Counted from the first letter of the stretch, positions 29,693 through 41,869 are shown. The stretch is DNA of 47,389 nucleotides from Escherichia coli (GCF_036507355.1 NZ_AP027879.1); one strand, 5' to 3'. Notes: generated by a model not told the origin, from the sequence alone. Numbers and translations: made by a program.

Positions 29693-29788
29693 TTTATCAC
29701 TGATAAATATAATATGTCCACCAACTTATCAGTGATAAAGAATCCGCGCGTTCAATCGGACCAGCGGAGGCTGGTCCGGAGGCCAGAC
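29693..29788. promoter_or_regulatory. tetR/tetA divergent promoter region with tet operator palindromes
   Basis: ACTTTATCACTGATAAA and CTTATCAGTGATAAAG between the divergent genes. Confidence 0.7.
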
Positions 29789-30988
29789 GTGAAACCCAAC
29801 AGACCCCTGATCGTAATTCTGAGCACTGTCGCGCTCGACGCTGTCGGCATCGGCCTGATTATGCCGGTGCTGCCGGGCCTCCTGCGCGATCTGGTTCACT
29901 CGAACGACGTCGCCGCCCACTATGGCATTCTGCTGGCGCTGTATGCGTTGATGCAATTTGCCTGCGCACCTGTGCTGGGTGCGCTGTCGGATCGTTTCGG
30001 GCGGCGGCCGGTCTTGCTCGTCTCGCTGGCCGGCGCTGCTGTCGACTACGCCATCATGGCGACGGCGCCTTTCCTTTGGGTTCTCTATATCGGGCGGATC
30101 GTGGCCGGCATCACCGGGGCGACTGGGGCGGTAGCCGGCGCTTATATTGCCGATATCACTGATGGCGATGAGCGCGCGCGGCACTTCGGCTTCATGAGCG
30201 CCTGTTTCGGGTTCGGGATGGTCGCGGGACCTGTGCTCGGTGGGCTGATGGGCGGTTTCTCCCCCCACGCTCCGTTCTTCGCCGCGGCAGCCTTGAACGG
30301 CCTCAATTTCCTGACGGGCTGTTTCCTTTTGCCGGAGTCGCACAAAGGCGAACGCCGGCCGTTACGCCGGGAGGCTCTCAACCCGCTCGCTTCGTTCCGG
30401 TGGGCCCGGGGCATGACCGTCGTCGCCGCCCTGATGGCGGTCTTCTTCATCATGCAACTTGTCGGACAGGTGCCGGCCGCGCTTTGGGTCATTTTCGGCG
30501 AGGATCGCTTTCACTGGGACGCGACCACGATCGGCATTTCGCTTGCCGCATTTGGCATTCTGCATTCACTCGCCCAGGCAATGATCACCGGCCCTGTAGC
30601 CGCCCGGCTCGGCGAAAGGCGGGCACTCATGCTCGGAATGATTGCCGACGGCACAGGCTACATCCTGCTTGCCTTCGCGACACGGGGATGGATGGCGTTC
30701 CCGATCATGGTCCTGCTTGCTTCGGGTGGCATCGGAATGCCGGCGCTGCAAGCAATGTTGTCCAGGCAGGTGGATGAGGAACGTCAGGGGCAGCTGCAAG
30801 GCTCACTGGCGGCGCTCACCAGCCTGACCTCGATCGTCGGACCCCTCCTCTTCACGGCGATCTATGCGGCTTCTATAACAACGTGGAACGGGTGGGCATG
30901 GATTGCAGGCGCTGCCCTCTACTTGCTCTGCCTGCCGGCGCTGCGTCGCGGGCTTTGGAGCGGCGCAGGGCAACGAGCCGATCGCTGA
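29789..30988 (+). CDS. tetA: Tetracycline efflux MFS pump TetA, class A (variant copy)
   Basis: 399 aa from GTG at VKPNRPLIVILSTVALDAVGIG; three aa differences from the second copy. Confidence 0.95.
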   Translation: MKPNRPLIVILSTVALDAVGIGLIMPVLPGLLRDLVHSNDVAAHYGILLALYALMQFACAPVLGALSDRFGRRPVLLVSLAGAAVDYAIMATAPFLWVLYIGRIVAGITGATGAVAGAYIADITDGDERARHFGFMSACFGFGMVAGPVLGGLMGGFSPHAPFFAAAALNGLNFLTGCFLLPESHKGERRPLRREALNPLASFRWARGMTVVAALMAVFFIMQLVGQVPAALWVIFGEDRFHWDATTIGISLAAFGILHSLAQAMITGPVAARLGERRALMLGMIADGTGYILLAFATRGWMAFPIMVLLASGGIGMPALQAMLSRQVDEERQGQLQGSLAALTSLTSIVGPLLFTAIYAASITTWNGWAWIAGAALYLLCLPALRRGLWSGAGQRADR

Positions 30989-31359
30989 TAGAGGTTTATA
31001 GCGGCTTCGTTCCCTTCCGCAACCGTCAGCATGATCTGCTCCACATGCTCGCGGCCATAGTCTATCACCGCCCGCAGCAGCATACCGGCGACCCCTCGGC
31101 CTCGCTGTTCGGGCTCCACGAAAACGCCGGACAGATGCGCCTTGTGAGCGTCCTTGGGGCCGTCCTCCTGTTTGAAGACCGACAGCCCAATGATCTCGCC
31201 GTCGATGTAGGCGCCGAATGCCACGGCATCTCGCAACCGTTCAGCGAACGCCTCCATGGGCTTTTTCTCCTCGTGCTCGTAAACGGACCCGAACATCTCT
31301 GGAGCTTTCTTCAGGGCCGACAATCGGATCTCGCCGAAATGCCTGCCGTTGCTAGACAT
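30989..31359 (-). pseudogene. GNAT-family N-acetyltransferase, 3'-truncated at the tetA boundary
   Basis: First about 123 codons GNAT-like (QRGRGVAGMLLRAVIDYGRE); frame continues into antisense tetA. Confidence 0.5.
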
Positions 31360-31364
31360 TGCCA

Positions 31365-31847
31365 GCCAGTGCCCGTCACTCCCGTACTAACTGTCACGAA
31401 CCCCTGCAATAACTGTCACGCCCCCCTGCAATAACTGTCACGAACCCCTGCAATAACTGTCACGCCCCCAAACCTGCAAACCCAGCAGGGGCGGGGGCTG
31501 GCGGGGTGTTGGAAAAATCCATCCATGATTATCTAAGAATAATCCACTAGGCGCGGTTATCAGCGCCCTTGTGGGGCGCTGCTGCCCTTGCCCAATATGC
31601 CCGGCCAGAGGCCGGATAGCTGGTCTATTCGCTGCGCTAGGCTACACACCGCCCCACCGCTGCGCGGCAGGGGGAAAGGCGGGCAAAGCCCGCTAAACCC
31701 CACACCAAACCCCGCAGAAATACGCTGGAGCGCTTTTAGCCGCTTTAGCGGCCTTTCCCCCTACCCGAAGGGTGGGGGCGCGTGTGCAGCCCCGCAGGGC
31801 CTGTCTCGGTCGATCATTCAGCCCGGCTCATCCTTCTGGCGTGGCGG
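31365..31847. other. IncQ1 (RSF1010-type) oriV fragment with direct iterons, GC-rich and AT-rich segments
   Basis: Iterons CTGTCACGAACCCCTGCAATAA at about 31386-31470, then GC-rich block and AT-rich CCATCCATGATTATCTAAGAATAATCC; identification from recalled RSF1010 sequence. Confidence 0.55.
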
Positions 31848-32770
31848 ATGATAACGGCCAGCATGGCGTCCAGAACGTCCAATGCATCATCCAGCGCCAG
31901 CGTTTCCCATGCAAGGACAAAGGCAACCAGAACCGCCATCCTTTTCTGCGGTGACATCCTGGCAATATTGAACACCGAAGTCATACCAGCATAACGTGCG
32001 AGATTTTTCAGGCGCACAGCCGGGAGTGTACTCAGGTTTTCAGCATGCAGGCCAAAATCGTTCAGAGTTTTCCAGCGTTCAATTGCTTCATTAAACGCCG
32101 GACCACTGATGGTCACAGGGCCCTTTTTCAGTGATTCCAGTAAAGACAGGCGGCTGCAATCAGTTGGCCCCAGCAGCATCTCCAGCTGTGAACGCTGTTC
32201 GGCTGACGGTATCAGTGCCAGTTTGTTCCACAGGCGCAACGTCGCCTTTTCCCTTACCTCTGAAATCAACCGGGTCAGCGTAGTGGCTCCGGGGAGAATA
32301 ATACGATGTTGCATAAGCCACCCTGTCGCCAGATCGAAAAGCAGGCCAGGACGTTCGTTGCTTATCCAGCTCCGGGTATATAAAAGACGGGTAAGGCGAA
32401 ATGTCCAGGGCCAGGCAAATTCACGATACTGATAGTGCTGACGTATCAGCGCTGCATGCTCACGGCGGGTATTTTCCCTCTGACCGTATTCTGCAAGAAC
32501 GGTGATATCACGAATCCCGAGCTGTCTGGCGGTAAAATGCCGGACGCCGGAAGGAATATGATTCATATCGGTGAGGAAGGTGCCCAGAAAACGGACACAT
32601 CCAATTTGCAGGGCAATGCCCAGACGGTTGTGATCACCTCTGCTTTTTCCGATAAATTCCTTGTCTGCTTCATCAAGGTGAAAATATCGTGCCAGCTGAA
32701 GCTCATCCGGTTCACCGGTGAATCTGCCATAGCTTTCAGTCTGCTCAGTGGTCAGAAAGTCAACGGGCAT
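31848..32770 (-). pseudogene. tnpA: Tn2/Tn3 transposase TnpA, N-terminal about 307 codons only (3'-truncated)
   Basis: MPVDFLTTEQTESYGRFTGEPDELQLARYFHL...; frame runs into oriV-fragment sequence. Confidence 0.85.
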
Positions 32771-33491
<721 letters not shown>

Positions 33492-33603
33492 TACGCCTAT
33501 TTTTATAGGTTAATGTCATGATAATAATGGTTTCTTAGACGTCAGGTGGCACTTTTCGGGGAAATGTGCGCGGAACCCCTATTTGTTTATTTTTCTAAAT
33601 ACA

Positions 33604-33632
33604 TTCAAATATGTATCCGCTCATGAGACAAT
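33604..33632 (+). promoter_or_regulatory. blaTEM P3-type promoter (-35 TTCAAA, 17-bp spacer, -10 GACAAT)
   Basis: Hexamers located about 40 bp upstream of the blaTEM start. Confidence 0.5.
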
Positions 33633-33661
33633 AACCCTGGTAAATGCTTCAATAATATTGA

Positions 33662-34534
<873 letters not shown>

Positions 34535-34643
34535 CTGTCAGACCAAGTTTACTCATATATACTTTAGATTGATTTAAAACTTCATTTTTAATTTAAAAGG
34601 ATCTAGGTGAAGATCCTTTTTGATAATCTCATGACCAAAATCC

Positions 34644-34681
34644 CTTAACGTGAGTTTTCGTTCCACTGAGCGTCAGACCCC
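34644..34681. repeat. Tn3/Tn2 right 38-bp inverted repeat
   Basis: CTTAACGTGAGTTTTCGTTCCACTGAGCGTCAGACCCC. Confidence 0.85.
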
Positions 34682-34791
34682 TATGATTACCCTCTTAGTA
34701 ACAGTTCGAAAGATCCAGACCTAAGTCAAGTACGCCAACACAACTTCAGAGCAAGTATAGCATATTCATTTAGAAAGCTAAAAAAATAAAA

Positions 34792-35583
34792 CTAACCTAG
34801 GGCTTTGGATATTTTCAAGGCATCTGATAAAGACTTAACATCATGGGTGCGGAGATAATCTGCACCTTTTTTGTATGCATACATTTCTGCTGCAAGAGTT
34901 GGTGCTAAACGAGATTTCACATCGGTTCCAGTTATTTTACCTAAGAATGATTTCCGTGACACTGCAATCATTACTTGCAAATTAAAAGCTTCTTGAATTT
35001 CAGGGAAACGCTTCAAAACAAGAATAGATGTTTCTGGATTAGAGCCTAAAAAGAAGCCCATACCCGGATCAAGAATAATTCGTTCACGCTTTACACCAGC
35101 CTCAACTAAAGCAGCAATTCTTTCTTTAAAAAATTCCATCATGGAAGTAAAAACCTCTTCCGGATTCGTTTCAACTTTAGTAGCTGCACCAATTCGCTGA
35201 ACGGAGTGCATCAACACAAGTTTGCAATCTGACTTTGCCAAGCCTGAATAAATCTCAGGATAAGGAAAACCTTGAATATCATTAATAAAATCAACCTTTT
35301 GTTCTATGCAAAAACTCTGAACCTCAGGTTTAAATGTATCAACAGAAATAGAAATGCCTTTTTCTTTTAAAGCCTTAATGACAGGTTTGAGTCTTTTGAT
35401 TTCTTCCACAACGCCCACTTCAGTTGTATCAGGATTACTGGAAGCGGCTCCCAAATCAATCACATCTGCTCCATCTTCAACCAAATGCAGAGCATGCTCA
35501 ATTGCCTTATCTGTATCTAAATAAAGTCCTCCATCGGAAAAACTATCGGTGGTTATATTTACGATTCCAAAAATCTTGCTCAT
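34792..35583 (-). CDS. sul3: Sulfonamide-resistant dihydropteroate synthase Sul3
   Basis: 263 aa, AT-rich, MSKIFGIVNITTDSFSDGG; flanked by SDR gene, MFS fragment and IS26. Confidence 0.85.
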   Translation of the reverse strand: MSKIFGIVNITTDSFSDGGLYLDTDKAIEHALHLVEDGADVIDLGAASSNPDTTEVGVVEEIKRLKPVIKALKEKGISISVDTFKPEVQSFCIEQKVDFINDIQGFPYPEIYSGLAKSDCKLVLMHSVQRIGAATKVETNPEEVFTSMMEFFKERIAALVEAGVKRERIILDPGMGFFLGSNPETSILVLKRFPEIQEAFNLQVMIAVSRKSFLGKITGTDVKSRLAPTLAAEMYAYKKGADYLRTHDVKSLSDALKISKALG

Positions 35584-36051
35584 ATCATTTTGCTTTGATT
35601 ACAAAAGTAGCATTTATCTTAATTGACTAATTATCACTTACGCAAATTGACACATTTTCCCTATCTTTGCAGCCTAATTTTTTTGTTTTAATTCATTATG
35701 AAAACTGATAGGAACTGTCATTTCGAGTTTTTCGCGGTTTTGGGTCAAAATTCGGTTTTTTCCCCGAACTACGACTGTTTTCGCACCCCGAACAACTAAT
35801 CCAATCAGAATTTTCCGGCAACGCCGACTCCAAGAAGTGTAATTCCAGTCTATTTCTGCCGTCAACCCCTGATTCGCGTTAATGCGACAAAGCTCAAACA
35901 CATAACTCCCCCACGAAGCCATATAAACTCCGATTTCGAGGTGTTATCCTGTTCCGCATAAACTTCGTTTTTGGGTATTATACCTACACCAAAGCAAGAA
36001 GATTATGGGTCCAAACTTCATTTGTATATTTTGCAAACAAATATCTGCCTG

Positions 36052-36297
36052 TCATATCTGTCGGAGTGTGGTGATACTCCTTTGCATTAAAAATGCGCTG
36101 ATAAAAGGTAGTTCAGCAAAAGGCGAAACGCCAATAAATATATCTATAACCGGTTTCGCCCGTTGATTGGGTATCGCCGTGCTTCCGATATGTTCAATGG
36201 CTACGGCATGAGAACCGAAAAAATGGAGCAATTTTATTTTCTCTTCTTCAAAATTCTTTGTCCAATCCGGGTTATATTCCATAATTTCAATTTTCAT
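36052..36297 (-). pseudogene. GrpB-like (UPF0157) N-terminal fragment
   Basis: 81-aa ORF with GSTAIP motif; much shorter than full-length family members. Confidence 0.3.
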
Positions 36298-36334
36298 GAT
36301 AGTTTCGTCCTTGCCTCAAAAACCATGTTTGGTA

Positions 36335-37198
36335 TTATACTCCATATCTCTCCGGTGCAGGAATAGCCTTTTCTGATGCACGGCTAACAGCTTCCCATTC
36401 TTCCCAGGTAGCCATCCGTGCTTTTAAGGTATCCATCGCCAAATCGTATACCATGCTGCCAAGGATAAGCCTCAAAGGCGGATTATTGCTGGCTACTAAT
36501 TTCATAAGGGCTTCCGCTGCCAAGGAAGGATCACTATCGACCGAATCTTCGGAATACTGTTTCGCCAGCTCATCGCGCAGTGTACCGTATGAATCTAATG
36601 GATTGCTGTAACTCATCGAAGTGTATAAATCTGTCCAATATCCTCCTGGTTCCACCATAGTGAGTTTCACTCCGAAATGTTCCGCTTCTTTTGCTAAGGC
36701 TTCACTCATTCCTTCCAGCGCAAATTTACTTGCACTGTAAATACCAGACATCGGACCCGAGATAATAGCGCCAATGCTTGTAATCTGTATGATATGTCCA
36801 GAACGCTGCGACCTCAAATAGGGCATCACTGCCTGACAAACCCAAAGAGCTCCAAAAAAGTTTGTGTCCATTAGTTTCCGAGCATCGGATTCGTTTAGTT
36901 CTTCAATCATACCCATAGTCATGATACCCGCATTATTAACAACAATATCAAGCCTACCGAAATGTTTAACTGCTGTTTCAACCGTAGAAAAAACAGCCTC
37001 CCTATCTGTAACATCGAGGTTTAATGGCAGTAAGCTCTCTTGATATGTTTCTTCTAGCTTCGCCAAATTATCGATAGTCCTTGCAACTGCAACAACTTTA
37101 TCCCCGGCTTTCAAGGCGGCGCATGTAAAAGCATAGCCAAGCCCCTTGCTTGCTCCGGTAATAAACCATACTCTTTTATTTTCGCTATTAGGTATCAT
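36335..37198 (-). CDS. Short-chain dehydrogenase/reductase (SDR)
   Basis: 287 aa; TGASKGLG Rossmann motif and YSASK catalytic motif. Confidence 0.75.
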   Translation of the reverse strand: MIPNSENKRVWFITGASKGLGYAFTCAALKAGDKVVAVARTIDNLAKLEETYQESLLPLNLDVTDREAVFSTVETAVKHFGRLDIVVNNAGIMTMGMIEELNESDARKLMDTNFFGALWVCQAVMPYLRSQRSGHIIQITSIGAIISGPMSGIYSASKFALEGMSEALAKEAEHFGVKLTMVEPGGYWTDLYTSMSYSNPLDSYGTLRDELAKQYSEDSVDSDPSLAAEALMKLVASNNPPLRLILGSMVYDLAMDTLKARMATWEEWEAVSRASEKAIPAPERYGV

Positions 37199-37326
37199 AG
37201 ATATTCTCCTTTAGGCTATTATAGAAAGATTATTATAAGCGAAATTAATACCGTTAAACGCCATGAGCCCGACAATTTTGAGCACTTTGTTTTGTACTCC
37301 CAGAAGCTCACTACTACAAATTATCA

Positions 37327-37595
37327 TCAACCCGGTCCTTTTTTCAGTCCACTTGCGGTTTTCATTGTTACTTTGTCATAGCGTCGTGTCAGAATGCGGC
37401 AGAGAACAGCGTTTACTATCAACGCAACACCAGACCAGAAAAACCATGTATTAACACCTATAACCTCAACAACCGGACCTGCAACAAGTAAGCCTATCGG
37501 CATAGAAAGAGTCATGGCGGTCATCAAAAGGGAAAACACCTTGCCCATCATTTCAGGGGCAATGCTTTCTTGAACATAAGCCATAACAGGAACAT
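37327..37595 (-). pseudogene. mefB: MFS efflux pump C-terminal fragment (likely mef(B)), 5'-truncated by IS26
   Basis: Hydrophobic TM-like C-terminus; frame opens at the IS26 boundary. Confidence 0.45.
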
Positions 37596-38415
37596 GGCAC
37601 TGTTGCAAAGTTAGCGATGAGGCAGCCTTTTGTCTTATTCAAAGGCCTTACATTTCAAAAACTCTGCTTACCAGGCGCATTTCGCCCAGGGGATCACCAT
37701 AATAAAATGCTGAGGCCTGGCCTTTGCGTAGTGCACGCATCACCTCAATACCTTTGATGGTGGCGTAAGCCGTCTTCATGGATTTAAATCCCAGCGTGGC
37801 GCCGATTATCCGTTTCAGTTTGCCATGATCGCATTCAATCACGTTGTTCCGGTACTTAATCTGTCGGTGTTCAACGTCAGACGGGCACCGGCCTTCGCGT
37901 TTGAGCAGAGCAAGCGCGCGACCATAGGCGGGCGCTTTATCCGTGTTGATGAATCGCGGGATCTGCCACTTCTTCACGTTGTTGAGGATTTTACCCAGAA
38001 ACCGGTATGCAGCTTTGCTGTTACGACGGGAGGAGAGATAAAAATCGACAGTGCGGCCCCGGCTGTCGACGGCCCGGTACAGATACGCCCAGCGGCCATT
38101 GACCTTCACGTAGGTTTCATCCATGTGCCACGGGCAAAGATCGGAAGGGTTACGCCAGTACCAGCGCAGCCGTTTTTCCATTTCAGGCGCATAACGCTGA
38201 ACCCAGCGGTAAATCGTGGAGTGATCGACATTCACTCCGCGTTCAGCCAGCATCTCCTGCAGCTCACGGTAACTGATGCCGTATTTGCAGTACCAGCGTA
38301 CGGCCCACAGAATGATGTCACGCTGAAAATGCCGGCCTTTGAATGGGTTCATGTGCAGCTCCATCAGCAAAAGGGGATGATAAGTTTATCACCACCGACT
38401 ATTTGCAACAGTGCC
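37596..38415 (-). mobile_element. IS26, complete (copy d)
   Basis: 14-bp IRs, 820 bp. Confidence 0.95.
37648..38352 (-). CDS. tnp26: IS26 transposase Tnp26, G at position 184
   Basis: [10 protein letters not shown]. Confidence 0.95.
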   Translation of the reverse strand: MNPFKGRHFQRDIILWAVRWYCKYGISYRELQEMLAERGVNVDHSTIYRWVQRYAPEMEKRLRWYWRNPSDLCPWHMDETYVKVNGRWAYLYRAVDSRGRTVDFYLSSRRNSKAAYRFLGKILNNVKKWQIPRFINTDKAPAYGRALALLKREGRCPSDVEHRQIKYRNNVIECDHGKLKRIIGATLGFKSMKTAYATIKGIEVMRALRKGQASAFYYGDPLGEMRLVSRVFEM

Positions 38416-38598
38416 GTCCTGCGAATATGTGAGTTTTGACCTAATGAGCCACAAAAACTCATTTTCGCCCACGATAATTTTTCTACTTCCTTTCTTTGGA
38501 ATGCTCATTTCAATATTCACATAACGTCGCTATCAATCGCGGAAAAGGCGTAGTGCGCGAAGCGAACGAAGCTTTTTGCCGTCGATTGCATAGCTTTG
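38416..38598 (-). other. Region downstream of the dfrA cassette, expected to hold its attC; truncated by IS26
   Basis: Position between dfrA stop and IS26; attC not delimited. Confidence 0.3.
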
Positions 38599-39081
38599 TT
38601 AACCCTTTTTCCAAATTTGATAGCAATAGTTAATGTTTGAAGTAAAGTGTTGCTCAAAAACAACTTCGAAGGTATTTGGAATACTCGGGAAGAAAACATC
38701 CCCCTCTGGCTCGATGTCGATCGTCGATAAGTGGAGCGTAGAGGCCATGGGTAATGTTTCTCGGTAAATTTCTCCGCCACCAGACACTATAACGTGACCG
38801 GTGAATTCAGCTAGCCTGTCCATGGCCTCTTCGATTGACTGAAATACAACTACATTGTCATCATTTGATGTCCAACCTGAGCGGGTAACGACCGCGTATT
38901 TCCTATTGGGGAGTGCGCCCATAGATTCAAACGTCTTGCGACCCACCAGAAGCCACTGATTGTAGGTCAATGCTTTAAAAAGTAGCTGCTCCCCTTTCGC
39001 GGACCAGGGTATGTCTGGACCGCAACCAATCACGCCGTTTTTCGCTTTCGCAGCCATCAATGATACTTTCAAGGTTCTCAT
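38599..39081 (-). CDS. dfrA14: Trimethoprim-resistant dihydrofolate reductase DfrA (dfrA14/dfrA5 group)
   Basis: 160-aa ORF; type B DHFR; allele assignment from recalled sequence is tentative. Confidence 0.8.
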   Translation of the reverse strand: MRTLKVSLMAAKAKNGVIGCGPDIPWSAKGEQLLFKALTYNQWLLVGRKTFESMGALPNRKYAVVTRSGWTSNDDNVVVFQSIEEAMDRLAEFTGHVIVSGGGEIYRETLPMASTLHLSTIDIEPEGDVFFPSIPNTFEVVFEQHFTSNINYCYQIWKKG

Positions 39082-39227
39082 CCTGGGTTAACTTTGTTTT
39101 AGGGCGACTGCCCTGCTGCGTAACATCGTTGCTGCTCCATAACATCAAACATCGACCCACGGCGTAACGCGCTTGCTGCTTGGATGCCCGAGGCATAGAC
39201 TGTACAAAAAAACAGTCATAACAAGCC
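39082..39227. promoter_or_regulatory. attI1 recombination site region of a class 1 integron
   Basis: GCCCTAAAACAAAGTTAACC between intI1 start and the first cassette. Confidence 0.6.
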
Positions 39228-40233
39228 ATGAAAACCGCCACTGCGCCGTTACCACCGCTGCGTTCGGTCAAGGTTCTGGACCAGTTGCGTGAGCGCATAC
39301 GCTACTTGCATTACAGTTTACGAACCGAACAGGCTTATGTCCACTGGGTTCGTGCCTTCATCCGTTTCCACGGTGTGCGTCACCCGGCAACCTTGGGCAG
39401 CAGCGAAGTCGAGGCATTTCTGTCCTGGCTGGCGAACGAGCGCAAGGTTTCGGTCTCCACGCATCGTCAGGCATTGGCGGCCTTGCTGTTCTTCTACGGC
39501 AAGGTGCTGTGCACGGATCTGCCCTGGCTTCAGGAGATCGGAAGACCTCGGCCGTCGCGGCGCTTGCCGGTGGTGCTGACCCCGGATGAAGTGGTTCGCA
39601 TCCTCGGTTTTCTGGAAGGCGAGCATCGTTTGTTCGCCCAGCTTCTGTATGGAACGGGCATGCGGATCAGTGAGGGTTTGCAACTGCGGGTCAAGGATCT
39701 GGATTTCGATCACGGCACGATCATCGTGCGGGAGGGCAAGGGCTCCAAGGATCGGGCCTTGATGTTACCCGAGAGCTTGGCACCCAGCCTGCGCGAGCAG
39801 CTGTCGCGTGCACGGGCATGGTGGCTGAAGGACCAGGCCGAGGGCCGCAGCGGCGTTGCGCTTCCCGACGCCCTTGAGCGGAAGTATCCGCGCGCCGGGC
39901 ATTCCTGGCCGTGGTTCTGGGTTTTTGCGCAGCACACGCATTCGACCGATCCACGGAGCGGTGTCGTGCGTCGCCATCACATGTATGACCAGACCTTTCA
40001 GCGCGCCTTCAAACGTGCCGTAGAACAAGCAGGCATCACGAAGCCCGCCACACCGCACACCCTCCGCCACTCGTTCGCGACGGCCTTGCTCCGCAGCGGT
40101 TACGACATTCGAACCGTGCAGGATCTGCTCGGCCATTCCGACGTCTCTACGACGATGATTTACACGCATGTGCTGAAAGTTGGCGGTGCCGGAGTGCGCT
40201 CACCGCTTGATGCGCTGCCGCCCCTCACTAGTG
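39228..40233 (+). CDS. intI1: Class 1 integron integrase IntI1, last two codons and stop replaced by IS26
   Basis: [27 protein letters not shown]...; native frame ends at LDALPPLTS where IS26 begins. Confidence 0.9.
39315..39343 (-). promoter_or_regulatory. Integron cassette promoter Pc, PcH1-type (-35 TGGACA, -10 TAAACT)
   Basis: Hexamers on the cassette strand inside the intI1 5' coding region, 17-bp spacing. Confidence 0.6.
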
Positions 40234-41053
40234 GGCACTGTTGCAAAGTTAGCGATGAGGCAGCCTTTTGTCTTATTCAAAGGCCTTACATTTCAAAAAC
40301 TCTGCTTACCAGGCGCATTTCGCCCAGGGGATCACCATAATAAAATGCTGAGGCCTGGCCTTTGCGTAGTGCACGCATCACCTCAATACCTTTGATGGTG
40401 GCGTAAGCCGTCTTCATGGATTTAAATCCCAGCGTGGCGCCGATTATCCGTTTCAGTTTGCCATGATCGCATTCAATCACGTTGTTCCGGTACTTAATCT
40501 GTCGGTGTTCAACGTCAGACGGGCACCGGCCTTCGCGTTTGAGCAGAGCAAGCGCGCGACCATAGGCGGGCGCTTTATCCGTGTTGATGAATCGCGGGAT
40601 CTGCCACTTCTTCACGTTGTTGAGGATTTTACCCAGAAACCGGTATGCAGCTTTGCTGTTACGACGGGAGGAGAGATAAAAATCGACAGTGCGGCCCCGG
40701 CTGTCGACGGCCCGGTACAGATACGCCCAGCGGCCATTGACCTTCACGTAGGTTTCATCCATGTGCCACGGGCAAAGATCGGAAGGGTTACGCCAGTACC
40801 AGCGCAGCCGTTTTTCCATTTCAGGCGCATAACGCTGAACCCAGCGGTAAATCGTGGAGTGATCGACATTCACTCCGCGTTCAGCCAGCATCTCCTGCAG
40901 CTCACGGTAACTGATGCCGTATTTGCAGTACCAGCGTACGGCCCACAGAATGATGTCACGCTGAAAATGCCGGCCTTTGAATGGGTTCATGTGCAGCTCC
41001 ATCAGCAAAAGGGGATGATAAGTTTATCACCACCGACTATTTGCAACAGTGCC
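40234..41053 (-). mobile_element. IS26, complete (copy e)
   Basis: 14-bp IRs, 820 bp. Confidence 0.95.
40286..40990 (-). CDS. tnp26: IS26 transposase Tnp26, G at position 184
   Basis: Same protein as copy d. Confidence 0.95.
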
Positions 41054-41869
41054 CCGTTCAGCACCCGCGTGGTGAATGTCGGCGTCCGCGATTCCACCTA
41101 TGTGCTCGACGGCCTGCTGTACCACGAGTCCGACCTGCGGATCGAGGAGCACTACACCGACACGGCCGGCTTCACCGATCACGTCTTTGCCCTGATGCAC
41201 CTGCTAGGCTTCCGCTTCGCGCCGCGCATCCGCGACCTCGGCGAAACCAAGCTGTACGTGCCGCAGGGCGTGCAAGCCTACCCGACGTTGCGCCCGCTGA
41301 TCGGCGGCACCCTGAACATCAAGCACGTGCGTGCCCACTGGGACGACATCCTGCGCCTGGCCAGCTCGATCAAGCAGGGCACCGTCACCGCCTCGCTGAT
41401 GCTGCGCAAGCTCGGCAGCTACCCGCGCCAGAACGGACTGGCCGTGGCCCTGCGCGAGCTGGGCCGGATCGAGCGCACGCTGTTCATCCTGGACTGGCTG
41501 CAAAGTGTTGAACTGCGCCGCCGCGTGCATGCCGGCCTGAACAAAGGTGAGGCGCGCAACTCGCTGGCCAGGGCGGTGTTCTTCAACCGCCTTGGGGAAA
41601 TCAGGGATCGGAGCTTCGAGCAGCAGCGCTACCGGGCCAGCGGCCTCAACCTGGTGACGGCGGCTATCGTGCTGTGGAACACGGTGTACCTGGAACGCGC
41701 CACCCAGGGGTTGGTCGAGGCCGGCAAGCCGGTGGACGGCGAGCTGCTGCAATTCCTGTCGCCGCTGGGCTGGGAGCACATCAACCTAACCGGCGATTAC
41801 GTCTGGCGGCAGAGCCGCAGACTGGAAGACGGGAAGTTTCGGCCCTTACGGATGCCCGGAAAACCTTAG
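41054..41869 (+). pseudogene. tnpA: Tn1721-type TnpA, 3' 271 codons only (5'-truncated by IS26)
   Basis: Identical to the C-terminal part of the fragment at 45595-47357; ends in the Tn1721 IR. Confidence 0.8.

Noticed and set aside
29714-29788. 25-codon N-terminal extension of tetA in both copies
   Set aside because: It lies in the operator/promoter region; TetA(A) starts at the GTG giving VKPNRPL.
29729-30799. Several antisense ORFs (67-204 aa) inside tetA, in both copies
   Set aside because: They are GC-rich antisense frames entirely within a well-supported tetA gene.
35674-35922. 82-aa ORF between sul3 and the SDR gene
   Set aside because: No start context or recognisable domain; it lies in what looks like a degraded intergenic region.
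40463-41869. 468-aa ORF
   Set aside because: It is a chimera of an antisense IS26 frame read through into the Tn1721 tnpA 3' fragment; only 41054-41869 is real coding remnant.
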